DNA of 64,000 nucleotides from an uncultured Acidobacteriota bacterium (GTDB lineage: Bacteria; Acidobacteriota; Terriglobia; Acidiferrales; UBA7541), in assembly GCA_963828865.1 (NCBI GenBank), contig CAWHGI010000011.1:14263-78262 (forward strand). Direction: 5' to 3'. Below the pieces are notes generated by a model. It did not search any database, was not told the DNA's origin, and saw only the letters and a list, made by a program, of their open reading frames with translations. Shown piece after piece: positions 28,216-38,436 of the stretch (the first letter of the stretch is position 1; each line of letters begins with the position of its first letter). The translations under genes were made by a program, and so were the position numbers.

Positions 28216-30531
28216 ATGGAAGAGCCATCCCGGATTGTTCCCAGCGTTCGTGAGCGCAAGCCAGGGGATGCATTAACGGTCATTCCCGCGCCCTCCGTCC
28301 TGCCTTGGGATCAGGTCCCGCGCGAGCCTCACCTGCTCGATTACCTGATCATCCTCCGCAAGCACCAGTGGCTCATCGTCGCGTTCTTGCTTACCGTCGT
28401 CACCGTGGTCACCATTGCTTCCTTCAAAACCAAGCCCGAGTATGAAGCCGCCGCGCGCGTCGAAGTGGACAAAGAGGCGCAAAACTTGCAGCCCTTCCCG
28501 GACTCCAATGCCTTCGGCGAATACGAGGACTCGGAAACTTACATCGAAACGCAAACCAAGATTTTGCAGAGCGAAACCCTTGCGCTCATGACCATCAGGA
28601 CCATGGATCTTGGCCGCTATCCCGAATTTGGTGGTACGCCGAACTCCATTGCCTGGCAGCACGCTGGCCCCTCCACCAGCAGGCCCGCGATTCTTGGTGC
28701 CTTTTTGTCCCGTCTCAGCGTCAAACGCGTTCCCAATAGCCGCCTGATCGAAGTCCAATTCGCGGCCGAAGATCCACAGCTCGCCGCTCAAATCGTCAAT
28801 ACGCATCTGCAAAACTACGTGGAAGAAAATTTCCGCAGCAAATACGACGCCACCACTCAGGCCTCCAACTGGCTCTCGGGCGAACTCGAAGAGCTCCGCA
28901 TCAAAGTCGAGAAATCCGAAGATGCGCGCATCGCCTACGAACGCGAAAATCAAATTTGGCAGATTGACGAAAAACAGGACATTACCACTCAGAAGCTTGC
29001 CGATCTCAGCAAAGCGGTAACCGACGCACAAACAGATGTGGCCGAGAAAGAGGCTCTGTATCGCATGGCTGCTTCTGGCAACGTGGACGCCCTGCCCGCG
29101 GCGCGTAACAACGCGGTGATCTCCAACTTGCTCAACCGTAAGTCATCCCTGGACGAGCAGTACGCAGAATCTCTGGATCAATACGGTCCGAATTTCCCCA
29201 AAGTCTTGCGTCTCGCCGCTCAGCAGAAAGAAGTGAATGACGACCTGGCCGCTGCGCGGAAGAACATGGTTGAAGGCGTGGAAGAGGAATATAACACCGC
29301 GCGCACCCACGTCGAACTCCTGCAAGACGCGCTCGATAAACAAAAAACCGAGGCCAACGGCCTCGCCGAAAAGCTCGTGCAGTATCACATTCTCCAGCAC
29401 GATGCCGAATCGAATAAGCAGCTCTACGATGGTCTGCTGCAAAAGCTCAAAGAAGCGGGCATCACTGCCGGCCTTCGTTCCAGCAACATCCGCGTGGTGG
29501 ACCCGGCTCTCGCTCCCACCACTCCCTCGCGGCCGCAGAAAGCTCGTAATATTTCGCTCGCGTTTCTGGTCGGTTTGGTTGGCGGCGTCGGCCTTGCGCT
29601 GTTCCGCGAATATCTGGACAACACCGTGAAATCGCCGGACGACATCGAATCGCTCACCGGTCTTCCTTCCCTTGCAGTCGTGCCGTCTTTGCCCGGTTTG
29701 AACGCGACGCACAACCGGTTCTCGCGGCTCGCTCGCGACGCCGCTCCGCAATCCGCCACCGGTCCGCGCGTCGAATTGCTGTCCTACGTTCAGCCGAAAT
29801 CGCAAATTTCCGAAGCGTTCCGCGCGCTGCGTACGTCCCTGTTGCTTTCGCAGGCCGATCATCCGCCGCAGGTCATTTTGGTCACCAGCGCGTTGCCGCG
29901 CGAAGGTAAAACCACTGCCGCGGTGAACCTCGCTGTCACTCTCGCGCAACTCGGCGATCGCACGCTGCTGATGGACTCCGACTTGCGCAAGCCCGGCATC
30001 CGGCGCGCGCTGAACTTAACCATCGGGAAAGAAGTGGGCTTGAGCTCCTACTTGGCCGGTGTTTCAACCCTGGACGAAGTCACCATCCCCCATCCCACCA
30101 TCAATAATCTTGTCGCTCTCACCACCGGCCCCGTGCCGCCCAGCCCCGCCGATTTGCTTTCGTCGCACCGCATGCGTGAAGCAATCATCGAACTCCGCCA
30201 CCGCTTCAAATTTATCGTCATTGACTCGCCCCCGGTCATGGCCGCGACAGATCCAGTGATTTTGTCCGCGTTGACGGACGGAGTTTTGCTGGTTGTGCGC
30301 AGCGGTGAAACCCCCAAGGAAGCCTTTACGCGCACCCGCGATTTGCTCGCAGCCGTGAAGTGCCGCCTGCTAGGCGTCGTACTCAATGCCGTCGATTCCA
30401 GCGCGCCGGATTATTACTATTCTTACCGCTACTATCCGTACGCTTATGGCTATGGATATGGCGAAGATGCAGGAAAGAAGAGTCCTAGATTTTCGTCCGG
30501 GTCCGAAGATACTCACGGGCCCTCTACATAA
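28216..30531 (+). CDS. wzc: Polysaccharide co-polymerase / tyrosine autokinase (Wzc/GumC-like)
   Basis: Wzz-type N-terminus (LLDYLIILRKHQWLIVAFLL), a long coiled-coil periplasmic region, Walker A TSALPREGKTT, and a C-terminal Tyr cluster APDYYYSYRYYPYAYGYGYG. Confidence 0.85.
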   Translation: MEEPSRIVPSVRERKPGDALTVIPAPSVLPWDQVPREPHLLDYLIILRKHQWLIVAFLLTVVTVVTIASFKTKPEYEAAARVEVDKEAQNLQPFPDSNAFGEYEDSETYIETQTKILQSETLALMTIRTMDLGRYPEFGGTPNSIAWQHAGPSTSRPAILGAFLSRLSVKRVPNSRLIEVQFAAEDPQLAAQIVNTHLQNYVEENFRSKYDATTQASNWLSGELEELRIKVEKSEDARIAYERENQIWQIDEKQDITTQKLADLSKAVTDAQTDVAEKEALYRMAASGNVDALPAARNNAVISNLLNRKSSLDEQYAESLDQYGPNFPKVLRLAAQQKEVNDDLAAARKNMVEGVEEEYNTARTHVELLQDALDKQKTEANGLAEKLVQYHILQHDAESNKQLYDGLLQKLKEAGITAGLRSSNIRVVDPALAPTTPSRPQKARNISLAFLVGLVGGVGLALFREYLDNTVKSPDDIESLTGLPSLAVVPSLPGLNATHNRFSRLARDAAPQSATGPRVELLSYVQPKSQISEAFRALRTSLLLSQADHPPQVILVTSALPREGKTTAAVNLAVTLAQLGDRTLLMDSDLRKPGIRRALNLTIGKEVGLSSYLAGVSTLDEVTIPHPTINNLVALTTGPVPPSPADLLSSHRMREAIIELRHRFKFIVIDSPPVMAATDPVILSALTDGVLLVVRSGETPKEAFTRTRDLLAAVKCRLLGVVLNAVDSSAPDYYYSYRYYPYAYGYGYGEDAGKKSPRFSSGSEDTHGPST

Positions 30532-30545
30532 GAAGAGGTGCAATT

Positions 30546-31577
30546 ATGCGTTGTCTCATAACCGGCGGTGCCGGATTCATCGGCTCTCATTTGTCGGAGG
30601 CTTTGCTGGCGCAGGGCGAGGAAGTGTTTGTTTTGGACGATCTTTCCACCGGCAGCGTCGAAAATATCCGCCACCTCAAAACCAACAATCGCTTTCATTA
30701 CATCTTCGATTCCATCATGAACAAGCACTTGCTGGCCGAAATGGTGGACGAATCGGATGTGATTTTTCATCTCGCTGCGGCCGTCGGCGTGCGCCTCATC
30801 GTCGAAAGCCCGGTGCGCACCATTGCCACCAACGTGCACGGCACGCAAAACGTGCTCGATGCCGCTTCCAAGAAAAAGAAGCTGGTCTTTGCCGCCTCCA
30901 CCTCCGAAGTCTACGGAAAGAGCGACAAAGTCCCCTTCCACGAAGACGCTGACCTCGTCCTCGGTCCCACCACCAAGGGACGCTGGAGCTACGCCGCCTC
31001 CAAAGCTCTCGACGAATTTCTCGCGCTCTCTTACTGGAAAGAAAAGAAGCTTCCCGTCATCATCGCCCGCTTCTTCAACACCGTCGGCCCGCGGCAAACC
31101 GGCCGTTACGGCATGGTGCTTCCGAACTTCGTCCGTCAGGCACTGGCGGATGAGTCCATCACGGTGTACGGCACCGGCCAGCAATCACGCTGTTTCTGTG
31201 ACGTGCGCGATTGCGTCCACGCCGTGCTCCGATTGATCGCCAATGAAAAAGCGGTCGGAGAAGTCGTCAATATCGGCAGCACCCAGGAAGTCACCATCCA
31301 GGAGCTTGCGCATCTCGTGAAGCGGCGCACCAAGAGCAATTCGCCGATTACGCACGTTCCCTACGATCAAGCGTACGAACCCGGCTTCGAAGACATGCCC
31401 CGCCGTGTCCCAGCCCTCGGGAAACTCGAAGGACTTACGGGGTTCCGTCCGGCCACTTCACTTGACGAGATCGTGGACGGCGTCGTCGCCTATTTCCGCG
31501 AAAAACACGAAGGCGGCATGGCCAAGACCGTCACCGCTGCCGCCAGCCGCACGGCGGCAGGGCTGTCTGCGGATTGA
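30546..31577 (+). CDS. NAD-dependent sugar epimerase/dehydratase (extended SDR)
   Basis: ITGGAGFIGSHL Rossmann motif and a YAASK catalytic motif (YxxxK). 343 aa. Confidence 0.8.
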   Translation: MRCLITGGAGFIGSHLSEALLAQGEEVFVLDDLSTGSVENIRHLKTNNRFHYIFDSIMNKHLLAEMVDESDVIFHLAAAVGVRLIVESPVRTIATNVHGTQNVLDAASKKKKLVFAASTSEVYGKSDKVPFHEDADLVLGPTTKGRWSYAASKALDEFLALSYWKEKKLPVIIARFFNTVGPRQTGRYGMVLPNFVRQALADESITVYGTGQQSRCFCDVRDCVHAVLRLIANEKAVGEVVNIGSTQEVTIQELAHLVKRRTKSNSPITHVPYDQAYEPGFEDMPRRVPALGKLEGLTGFRPATSLDEIVDGVVAYFREKHEGGMAKTVTAAASRTAAGLSAD

Positions 31578-31672
31578 AATTTCGCGAGTCGCTTGATCGT
31601 TTCGCCCCCGGCAACTAAGCGCGCTGTACGGTGTGTTTGGCCCGTCGAATGACGGCCTAGGGAGCATCCAAC

Positions 31673-32722
31673 TTGTCTTCTACGATCCGCGTCGGCCTGG
31701 TTGGCTACGGCTATTGGGGCCCCAACTATGCCCGTGTCTTGAACGATTTGCCGGACGTCAGTCTCGCGTTCGTTTGTGACGCCCGAGAGGAGCAATTGCG
31801 CCGCGCGGCTTCCCGCTTCCCGCAGGTCCCGCTATCGCAGGATGTCGCCGAAGCCATGCGGCGCGACGATGCGGATGCCGTCATCATTTCCACCCCCGCT
31901 TCCACCCATTACGAATTGGCGTGCCTCGCGCTCGAGTCCGGCCGTCACGTGATCGTCGAAAAGCCGCTGGCACTGGAAATCGATCATTGCGAGCACCTGG
32001 CCGAGCTTGCCGATACAAAAGACCTCGTCCTCATGGTGGCGCACACCTTCCTTTACAATTCCGGAATTCAAAAGCTGCGCGAATTCGTCAAATCCCCTAA
32101 TTTCGGGCGGGTCTATTACCTGCACGCCACGCGCACCAACCTGGGCCCCATTCGCCCGGACGTCAACGCCGTCTGGGATTTGGCCCCGCACGACATTTCC
32201 ATCTTCAATTATTTGCTCGACGAGCAGCCGCAATGGGCCAGTGCCATCGGCTCGCGCGCCCTGGGAAATACTCGTGAGGATGTCGCCTTCATCACTCTTG
32301 GCTACGCGAACGACGTCATCGGCAATATTCACGTAAGCTGGGCCGATCCCAATAAAGTGCGTGAAGTGGTCGTGGTAGGCAGCCGCCAGCGTCTGGTCTT
32401 CGACGATCTCAATAGCATGGAGCGCGTGCGCATCTACGAAAAGGGCGTCTCCGTCGGTGAGACACATTCCGGCTCTTTTGGCGAATTCAAACTATTGATG
32501 CGCGATGGCGATATCGTCAGCCCCAAAATCGAATTGAGCGAACCGCTAAAAACTCAGCTCACCGATTTCGTCGAATCCGTTCGCGGGCGTCGCCCGCCGC
32601 TCTCTGGCGCGCTTAGCGGCACCCATGTGGTCCAGGCTTTGAAAGCAATTGACGCCTCCATGCGCGCGCGAGGAAAGGCTGTGGAGGTGGCAAAGTGCAA
32701 AGTTGCGTCCCGGTCGAACTAG
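31673..32722 (+). CDS. Gfo/Idh/MocA-family sugar-nucleotide oxidoreductase (WbpB-like)
   Basis: TTG start with a GGGAG RBS. Motifs include IRVGLVGYGYWGPNY and VIVEKPLA. Confidence 0.8.
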   Translation: MSSTIRVGLVGYGYWGPNYARVLNDLPDVSLAFVCDAREEQLRRAASRFPQVPLSQDVAEAMRRDDADAVIISTPASTHYELACLALESGRHVIVEKPLALEIDHCEHLAELADTKDLVLMVAHTFLYNSGIQKLREFVKSPNFGRVYYLHATRTNLGPIRPDVNAVWDLAPHDISIFNYLLDEQPQWASAIGSRALGNTREDVAFITLGYANDVIGNIHVSWADPNKVREVVVVGSRQRLVFDDLNSMERVRIYEKGVSVGETHSGSFGEFKLLMRDGDIVSPKIELSEPLKTQLTDFVESVRGRRPPLSGALSGTHVVQALKAIDASMRARGKAVEVAKCKVASRSN

Positions 32723-33384
32723 GCAAGGATTGTTCGATCGATGCCGGCGTGATTTTGGGCTATCCTCCGGGCCGCGCCATCGAACGCACACCTGTCCGCA
32801 TCGGCGATCGCGCGCGAATTCGCTCTGGCAGCGTCGTTTACGCTTCCGTTGAAATCGGCAACGGCTTCGAGACCGGCCACAATGTCATCATCCGCGAAGG
32901 CAATCGCATCGGCGACGATTGCGCCATATGGAACGGCACCACCGTTGATTACGACTGCGTGCTAGGCAATCGCGTCCGCATCCATTGCAATAGCTACGTC
33001 TGCCAGTACACCACCATCGAAGACGATGTCTTCCTCGCGCCCGGAGTAATGCTCGCGAACGATCCGCACCCGCTCTGCACCAAATGCATGCAGGGCCCGA
33101 CGATCAAATCCGGCGCGAAGATCGGTATCAATTCCACCGTGCTGCCTCACGTGATCATCGGCGAAAACGCCCTGGTCGGCGCCGGGAGCGTGGTGATCGC
33201 CGATGTCCCGGCTCGCGCCGTCGTAGTTGGCTCACCCGCCCGCGTCATCTCCGACGTAGACGATCTGAAATGCGCGTTTGATATCGTGAAGCCGTACGAG
33301 AACGGCCTGGACGTTCGCCGCCGCCCTGAATGGAGCACCGTCGCGCCCCTCCCCCGGCCGCTGGTCCGTCCGGATCGAGCCTGA
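32695..33384 (+). CDS. Left-handed beta-helix (hexapeptide) N-acetyltransferase (WbpD-like)
   Basis: Repeated hexapeptide units (IGDRARIRSGSVVYASVEIGNGFETGHNVIIREGNRIGDDCAIWNGT...). Confidence 0.8.
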   Translation: MQSCVPVELGKDCSIDAGVILGYPPGRAIERTPVRIGDRARIRSGSVVYASVEIGNGFETGHNVIIREGNRIGDDCAIWNGTTVDYDCVLGNRVRIHCNSYVCQYTTIEDDVFLAPGVMLANDPHPLCTKCMQGPTIKSGAKIGINSTVLPHVIIGENALVGAGSVVIADVPARAVVVGSPARVISDVDDLKCAFDIVKPYENGLDVRRRPEWSTVAPLPRPLVRPDRA

Positions 33385-33388
33385 CCGA

Positions 33389-34099
33389 ATGAAAATTCTC
33401 GCCGCCGCTTTTGCCTACAATGAAGGCGACAAGATCCGCCGCACCATCGCCCGCCATCCCCAATCGCGCAATTATGATCTGCTCGTCATGGATGACGGTT
33501 CGACCGACGGCATGCTCGAATCCCTGCCCAAGGACGGATGGCTGCATCTCCGCAACGAGAAAAATCACGGCATCGGCTCGGCCATGAAGCGCGTTTTTCA
33601 GTACGCGCTCGACAACAATTACGACGTGCTCGTGATCCAGGCCGGCAACGATAAAGACGATCCCAACGAAATTCCCCGCCTGCTCGAACCCATCGCTTCC
33701 GGCCGCGCCGATTTTGTGCAAGGCTCGCGTTTCCTCCCCGGCGGAGGCTACGGCAATACGCCCGTATACCGCGTGCTAGCCACCCGCTTCGTCCATCCGT
33801 TGCTGTTCTCGATGTTTGTGGGAAAATACGTCACGGAAACCACCAACGGTTTCCGCGCCTTCCGCACCGAGATCCTGCGGGACCCGCGTATCAATTGGCG
33901 GCAGGAGTGGCTGGATAAATATGAACTAGAACCATATCTTCTCTATAATACGATTCGGCTAGGATATCGCCATTGCGAGGTGCCCGTCACCAAGGTGTAC
34001 CCGCCTCGCCAGCAGGGATATACGAAAATGAAGCCGATCACCGGCTGGTGGAGCATCCTGCGGCCGGTGGTGTATTTGGGACTGGGCCTGAAGAAATGA
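33389..34099 (+). CDS. Family 2 glycosyltransferase
   Basis: [11 protein letters not shown]...[11 protein letters not shown]...[15 protein letters not shown]2-like. The stop overlaps the next start (ATGA). Confidence 0.7.
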   Translation: MKILAAAFAYNEGDKIRRTIARHPQSRNYDLLVMDDGSTDGMLESLPKDGWLHLRNEKNHGIGSAMKRVFQYALDNNYDVLVIQAGNDKDDPNEIPRLLEPIASGRADFVQGSRFLPGGGYGNTPVYRVLATRFVHPLLFSMFVGKYVTETTNGFRAFRTEILRDPRINWRQEWLDKYELEPYLLYNTIRLGYRHCEVPVTKVYPPRQQGYTKMKPITGWWSILRPVVYLGLGLKK

Positions 34100-35277
34100 C
34101 GGCAACAACCAAAATCCCGTTCGTGGACCTGCAAGCGCAATACCGGACGATCGCCCCGGAGATCAACGCCGCCATCCAGGGCGTTCTGGATCGCAGCGAT
34201 TATATTCTCGGCGATGAAGTCCGCCTGTTCGAGGAAGACTTCGCGAAATACGTTGGCACCACGCACGCCCTCAGCGTCGGCTCCGGCCTCGACGCCCTGG
34301 AAATTGCCTTGCGCGCCTACGGCATCGGTCCCGGCGACGAGGTAATCACGGCCGCGAACACATTCATCGCCACGGTCTTGGCCATCATCGCCGTCGGCGC
34401 GAAACCCGTGCTGGTGGAAATGGATCCGGCCACCTACAACATTGATCCCTCCGCGATCGAAGCCGCCATCACGTCGCGAAGTCGCGGAATCATGCCGGTG
34501 CATCTCTACGGCCAGCCCGCGGATATGGAACCCATTCTCGCAATCGCCCGAAAACACAACCTGCTGGTGATCGAAGACGCCGCGCAAGCCCACGGAGCAA
34601 AATACGCCGGAAAGTCCGCCGGCTCCTGGGGACATGCGGCCGCCTTCAGTTTTTATCCCGGCAAAAATCTGGGCGCCTATGGCGACGGCGGCATCATCAC
34701 CACCAACGACGCGGCCATCGCCGAAAAGATCCGTTATCTGCGCAACTACGGCCAGAAAGTAAAGTACGAGCACGTCATCGCCGGCACCAATTCGCGCCTC
34801 GATACCATTCAGGCAGCAATTCTGCGGGTGAAGCTGCGGCATCTCGATCGCTGGAACGCGCTGCGCAACGAGCACGCCGCCGCATATAGCGCCGCCCTCG
34901 CCGACGAGCCCTTCGTCCTGCCGAAAATAGCCGCGAATCGCACCCATATCTTTCATCTGTACGTGGTGCAAACTGAAAATCGCGCCGCCATCCAGGAATT
35001 CCTGAACCAGCGTGACATCGCCACCGGAATTCATTACCCGATTCCGATCCACCTGCAGGAAGCCTGCAAGGATCTGGGCTACCGCTGCGGCGATTTCCCG
35101 CTTACGGAGCAGGCCGCCGGGCGCATTTTATCGCTTCCGATGTATCCGGAATTGACGCCGGCGCAGCGGACCTCCGTTGCAGACGCTCTGTTGCAATCGG
35201 TCCGCGGCGCGGCCGAACCGGCCAGCGACGAAGCGAAGTTAGCGGGCACGCGATTCGCGCCTGCGTATGAAGTTTAG
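34096..35277 (+). CDS. DegT/DnrJ/EryC1/StrS-family aminotransferase (WbpE-like)
   Basis: The ATG at 34096 gives [31 protein letters not shown]. Family motifs YGQPADME and [16 protein letters not shown] are present. Confidence 0.85.
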   Translation: MTATTKIPFVDLQAQYRTIAPEINAAIQGVLDRSDYILGDEVRLFEEDFAKYVGTTHALSVGSGLDALEIALRAYGIGPGDEVITAANTFIATVLAIIAVGAKPVLVEMDPATYNIDPSAIEAAITSRSRGIMPVHLYGQPADMEPILAIARKHNLLVIEDAAQAHGAKYAGKSAGSWGHAAAFSFYPGKNLGAYGDGGIITTNDAAIAEKIRYLRNYGQKVKYEHVIAGTNSRLDTIQAAILRVKLRHLDRWNALRNEHAAAYSAALADEPFVLPKIAANRTHIFHLYVVQTENRAAIQEFLNQRDIATGIHYPIPIHLQEACKDLGYRCGDFPLTEQAAGRILSLPMYPELTPAQRTSVADALLQSVRGAAEPASDEAKLAGTRFAPAYEV

Positions 35278-35297
35278 TCGCTGTTGTCGCGGTCGGG

Positions 35298-36914
35298 ATG
35301 ATTGCGACGAGAGTTCCGATGAATCCGACGCCGATCAAAAGCAATACGGAAACCGCGGCTGCGGCCGGCCTCGCCGGGCGCTCCGGCATTTCCGCCACCG
35401 GAACGTCGGGCGAACCTCGTTCCAGCACCACCCTATCCGTAATCGTTCCGGCCTACAACGAACAATATCTGATCGAGGCCAGCCTGAACGGCCTGGCGGT
35501 TCTCGATGAATCTCCGCGCCTGCAGCAAATCAAAGTGATCGTCGTAAACGACTGCTCGACCGACGGCACCGCGGAGGCCATCCGCCGTTTTCAAAACCGC
35601 CTCGAAACCAGCCAGGATTTCAAGAAGTTCACCTGGGTCTGGCTCGAGCATGCGAAAAACATGGGCAAAGGCGCGGCGATTCGCACCGCCCTCCAGCACG
35701 TGGATACACACCTCGTCGTAATTCACGACGCCGACCTCGAATACCATCCCCGCGACCTGCTCCAAATGGTGGACCTCTTCCTGTTCGAAGACGCCGACGC
35801 CGTCTTCGGCTCCCGCTTTATGCCCGGCGGCTACAAACGAGCCCTGTTTTTCCGCCACGAGCTAGGCAATAAGCTCCTCACCTTCCTCTGCGACATGGTC
35901 TGCGACCTCAACCTCACGGACATGGAAACCTGCTACAAGATGGTCCGCGCGGACCTCCTGAAAAGTATTCCGCTGCGCAGCGCCACCTTCGACGTCGAGC
36001 CGGAACTCGCCATCAAACTCGCCAAACGCGGCAGCCGCATTTTTGAAGTCCCCATCAGTTATTCCGGCCGAACCTACGCCGAAGGAAAGAAGATCAATTG
36101 GAAGGATGGCGTTCGCGCGCTGTGGGCCATTTTCCACTATTCTCTTTCCGACAAAATTTACGCCGCCGATGGCCATGGCGGTGAAATCCTGCTGCGCCTG
36201 AACCGCGCGCCGCGCTTCACCGGATGGATGGCCGACGCGTTCCGCCCGTACGTGGGCAAACGCGTGCTCGAAATCGGCGCCGGTATCGGCAACATGACCC
36301 TGCATCTCCTTCCGCGCTCGGTCTACTGGGCCACCGACATCAATCCCTCGTACCTCGATTCGCTCGAACGCCTCAAAATCAATCGCCCCTATCTCTGCGT
36401 AGCCGGCCTCGATGCCACGGACGCCAGCTCGTTTCCTGCCGGCCAATCATTCGATACCGTGATCTGTCTCAACGTCGTCGAGCATCTCGCCGACGATCAT
36501 CAAGCCTTGCGCAACATCTGGAACGCGCTGGAAGAAGGCGGCAAAGCCATCGTCCTGGTTCCCAATGGCCCCAAACTTTTCGGCACGCTCGACGAAGTTT
36601 TGGGCCATTGCCGCCGCTATACCGAGGAACAGCTCCTGCAAGCCGGCCAAGCCGCTGGCTTTCAAACCGAAAAGTTGCTGAAATTCAATCGCCCCGGTGT
36701 AGTCGCCTGGTGGCTCAACGGCCAGGTTCTGCGCCGGACCACCTTCGGCCTCGGCCAAATCCGCGCATTGAATTTTCTTACGCCCCTCTTTCGCGTAATT
36801 GATCCGTGGCTTCCGTTGCCGCCGCTTTCTCTTATCGCCGTCTTTCGCAAGCAGAGTGCTCCCGACCCGGCGCCCCCGCCCGCCGCTGAATCGGAATCGA
36901 ATCGGGAGTCCTAA
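35298..36914 (+). CDS. Fusion of a GT2 (DPM1/ArnC-like) glycosyltransferase and a class I SAM-dependent methyltransferase
   Basis: The N-terminal half has LSVIVPAYNEQ...VVNDCSTDGT...IHDADLEY. The C-terminal half has VLEIGAGIGNMT...FDTVICLNVVEHLADD...GGKAIVLVPN. The start could instead be ATG 35319. Confidence 0.75.
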   Translation: MIATRVPMNPTPIKSNTETAAAAGLAGRSGISATGTSGEPRSSTTLSVIVPAYNEQYLIEASLNGLAVLDESPRLQQIKVIVVNDCSTDGTAEAIRRFQNRLETSQDFKKFTWVWLEHAKNMGKGAAIRTALQHVDTHLVVIHDADLEYHPRDLLQMVDLFLFEDADAVFGSRFMPGGYKRALFFRHELGNKLLTFLCDMVCDLNLTDMETCYKMVRADLLKSIPLRSATFDVEPELAIKLAKRGSRIFEVPISYSGRTYAEGKKINWKDGVRALWAIFHYSLSDKIYAADGHGGEILLRLNRAPRFTGWMADAFRPYVGKRVLEIGAGIGNMTLHLLPRSVYWATDINPSYLDSLERLKINRPYLCVAGLDATDASSFPAGQSFDTVICLNVVEHLADDHQALRNIWNALEEGGKAIVLVPNGPKLFGTLDEVLGHCRRYTEEQLLQAGQAAGFQTEKLLKFNRPGVVAWWLNGQVLRRTTFGLGQIRALNFLTPLFRVIDPWLPLPPLSLIAVFRKQSAPDPAPPPAAESESNRES

Positions 36915-36918
36915 ACAA

Positions 36919-38436
36919 GTGGCGAGTGTGCTGACCGCGAATCGAGCCGAATTGCAAAGCAAGCGGGAAGGGGCGTTGCGCTTGTGGAAGCCGGACAAAT
37001 ACGAAAAAATCCTGATCGTCCTGTTTCTCCTGACGATTCCCCTCAGCAATCCGTGGGTTCGTGGCGACGGCGTCGGTTACTACGCTTACGCCCGCGCCAT
37101 GCTCATCGAGCATCGCCTGGATTTTCAGAAAGACTGGCAGCATGGCAATGAGAGCTTCGCCATGGGCCGCCTGGACGCGCACGGCAACGTGCTCCCCGAC
37201 GAATACACCTGCACCGGACATATCGCCAATCTCTGGGCCGTCGGCCCTTCGCTGCTTTGGTTTCCGTTCCTCTTTGCAACGCACCTCGGCGTGCTGCTCT
37301 GCGATCGCTTCGGCGCGCACATCGCCGCCGACGGCTTTTCGACGCCCTACGTGGTCACCATGGCTTTCGCCACCGCCTTCTACGGATTTCTGGGCCTGTG
37401 CCTCTCCTTCTCGCTCGCGCGAAAATATTTTGCCGAGCGCTGGGCGCTCCTCGCCACCATCGGCATCTGGTGGGCCAGCTCGCTTCCCGTGTACATGTAT
37501 TTCAATCCGTCCTGGTCCCACGCGCACTCCGCATTCGCCGTGGCCCTGTTCCTGTGGTACTGGAATCGCACGCGCGGCGCGCGCACCATTTCGCAGTGGA
37601 TCCTATTAGGCCTGCTTTCCGGATTTGTCGTGGATGTTTACTATCCCAATGGAGCGCTGCTCGTAATTCCGCTGCTGGAAGGCATCTCCGAATATTGGAC
37701 TGACTTCAAGTCGCCGGCCTATGCCAGCGCGGCCATCGCGCGGCTTTTTGTTCGCCATTTGATCTACGTCGGCGCGTTCGCCGTGGCGCTTCTCCCCACT
37801 TTCGTCACCCGGCACATCATTTTCGGCAATTCGCTGAAGACCGGCTACGCCCCAGTCGGCGGTTGGGCCTGGAAATCCCCCGCGCTCTGGAACGTGCTGT
37901 TCTCCTCGGACCACGGCATGCTCAGTTGGACGCCGATCCTGATTCTCGCGCTGATCGGCTTGCTGCTTTTCGCGCGTGCCGATAAGGCATTCGCGGCCTA
38001 CGCTATCGTGGCTTTCCTGGTTTTTTACGTCGTGGTCTCGGTCCATCCCGATTGGGACGGCATGTCCTCCTTCGGCGCCCGTTTCTTCGTCTCGCTCACG
38101 CCGCTTTTCATTCTCGGTCTCGCTGCCTTCTTCAATTGGCTGGCTGGCGCCTGGCAAGAACATCGCGCCTCCATCGCCGCCACCGCCCTTACCGCGCTGC
38201 TCATCGTCTGGAATTTGGGCCTCATATTTCAATGGGGCGTCCACCTAATTCCCGCACGCGGCCCTATCTCCTGGCGTGATGCCGCGTACAATCAGGTAGC
38301 AGTCGTGCCCGTGCAGGCCACGCGCACGCTGAGATCCTATTTGACCCGGCGCAAACAGCTCATGCACCACATCGAAGAACAAGACGTGCAGCACATCAAA
38401 TCCGGCGAAGCGCCCCGCTCCGCGCCTGCGCAATGA
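36919..38436 (+). CDS. Polytopic GT-C-fold-like membrane protein (ArnT/PMT/GT39-like), putative
   Basis: About 12 hydrophobic segments, and a first periplasmic loop VRGDGVGYYAYARAML. The GTG start (36919 or 36928) was chosen because the upstream gene ends at 36914. Confidence 0.5.
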   Translation: MASVLTANRAELQSKREGALRLWKPDKYEKILIVLFLLTIPLSNPWVRGDGVGYYAYARAMLIEHRLDFQKDWQHGNESFAMGRLDAHGNVLPDEYTCTGHIANLWAVGPSLLWFPFLFATHLGVLLCDRFGAHIAADGFSTPYVVTMAFATAFYGFLGLCLSFSLARKYFAERWALLATIGIWWASSLPVYMYFNPSWSHAHSAFAVALFLWYWNRTRGARTISQWILLGLLSGFVVDVYYPNGALLVIPLLEGISEYWTDFKSPAYASAAIARLFVRHLIYVGAFAVALLPTFVTRHIIFGNSLKTGYAPVGGWAWKSPALWNVLFSSDHGMLSWTPILILALIGLLLFARADKAFAAYAIVAFLVFYVVVSVHPDWDGMSSFGARFFVSLTPLFILGLAAFFNWLAGAWQEHRASIAATALTALLIVWNLGLIFQWGVHLIPARGPISWRDAAYNQVAVVPVQATRTLRSYLTRRKQLMHHIEEQDVQHIKSGEAPRSAPAQ

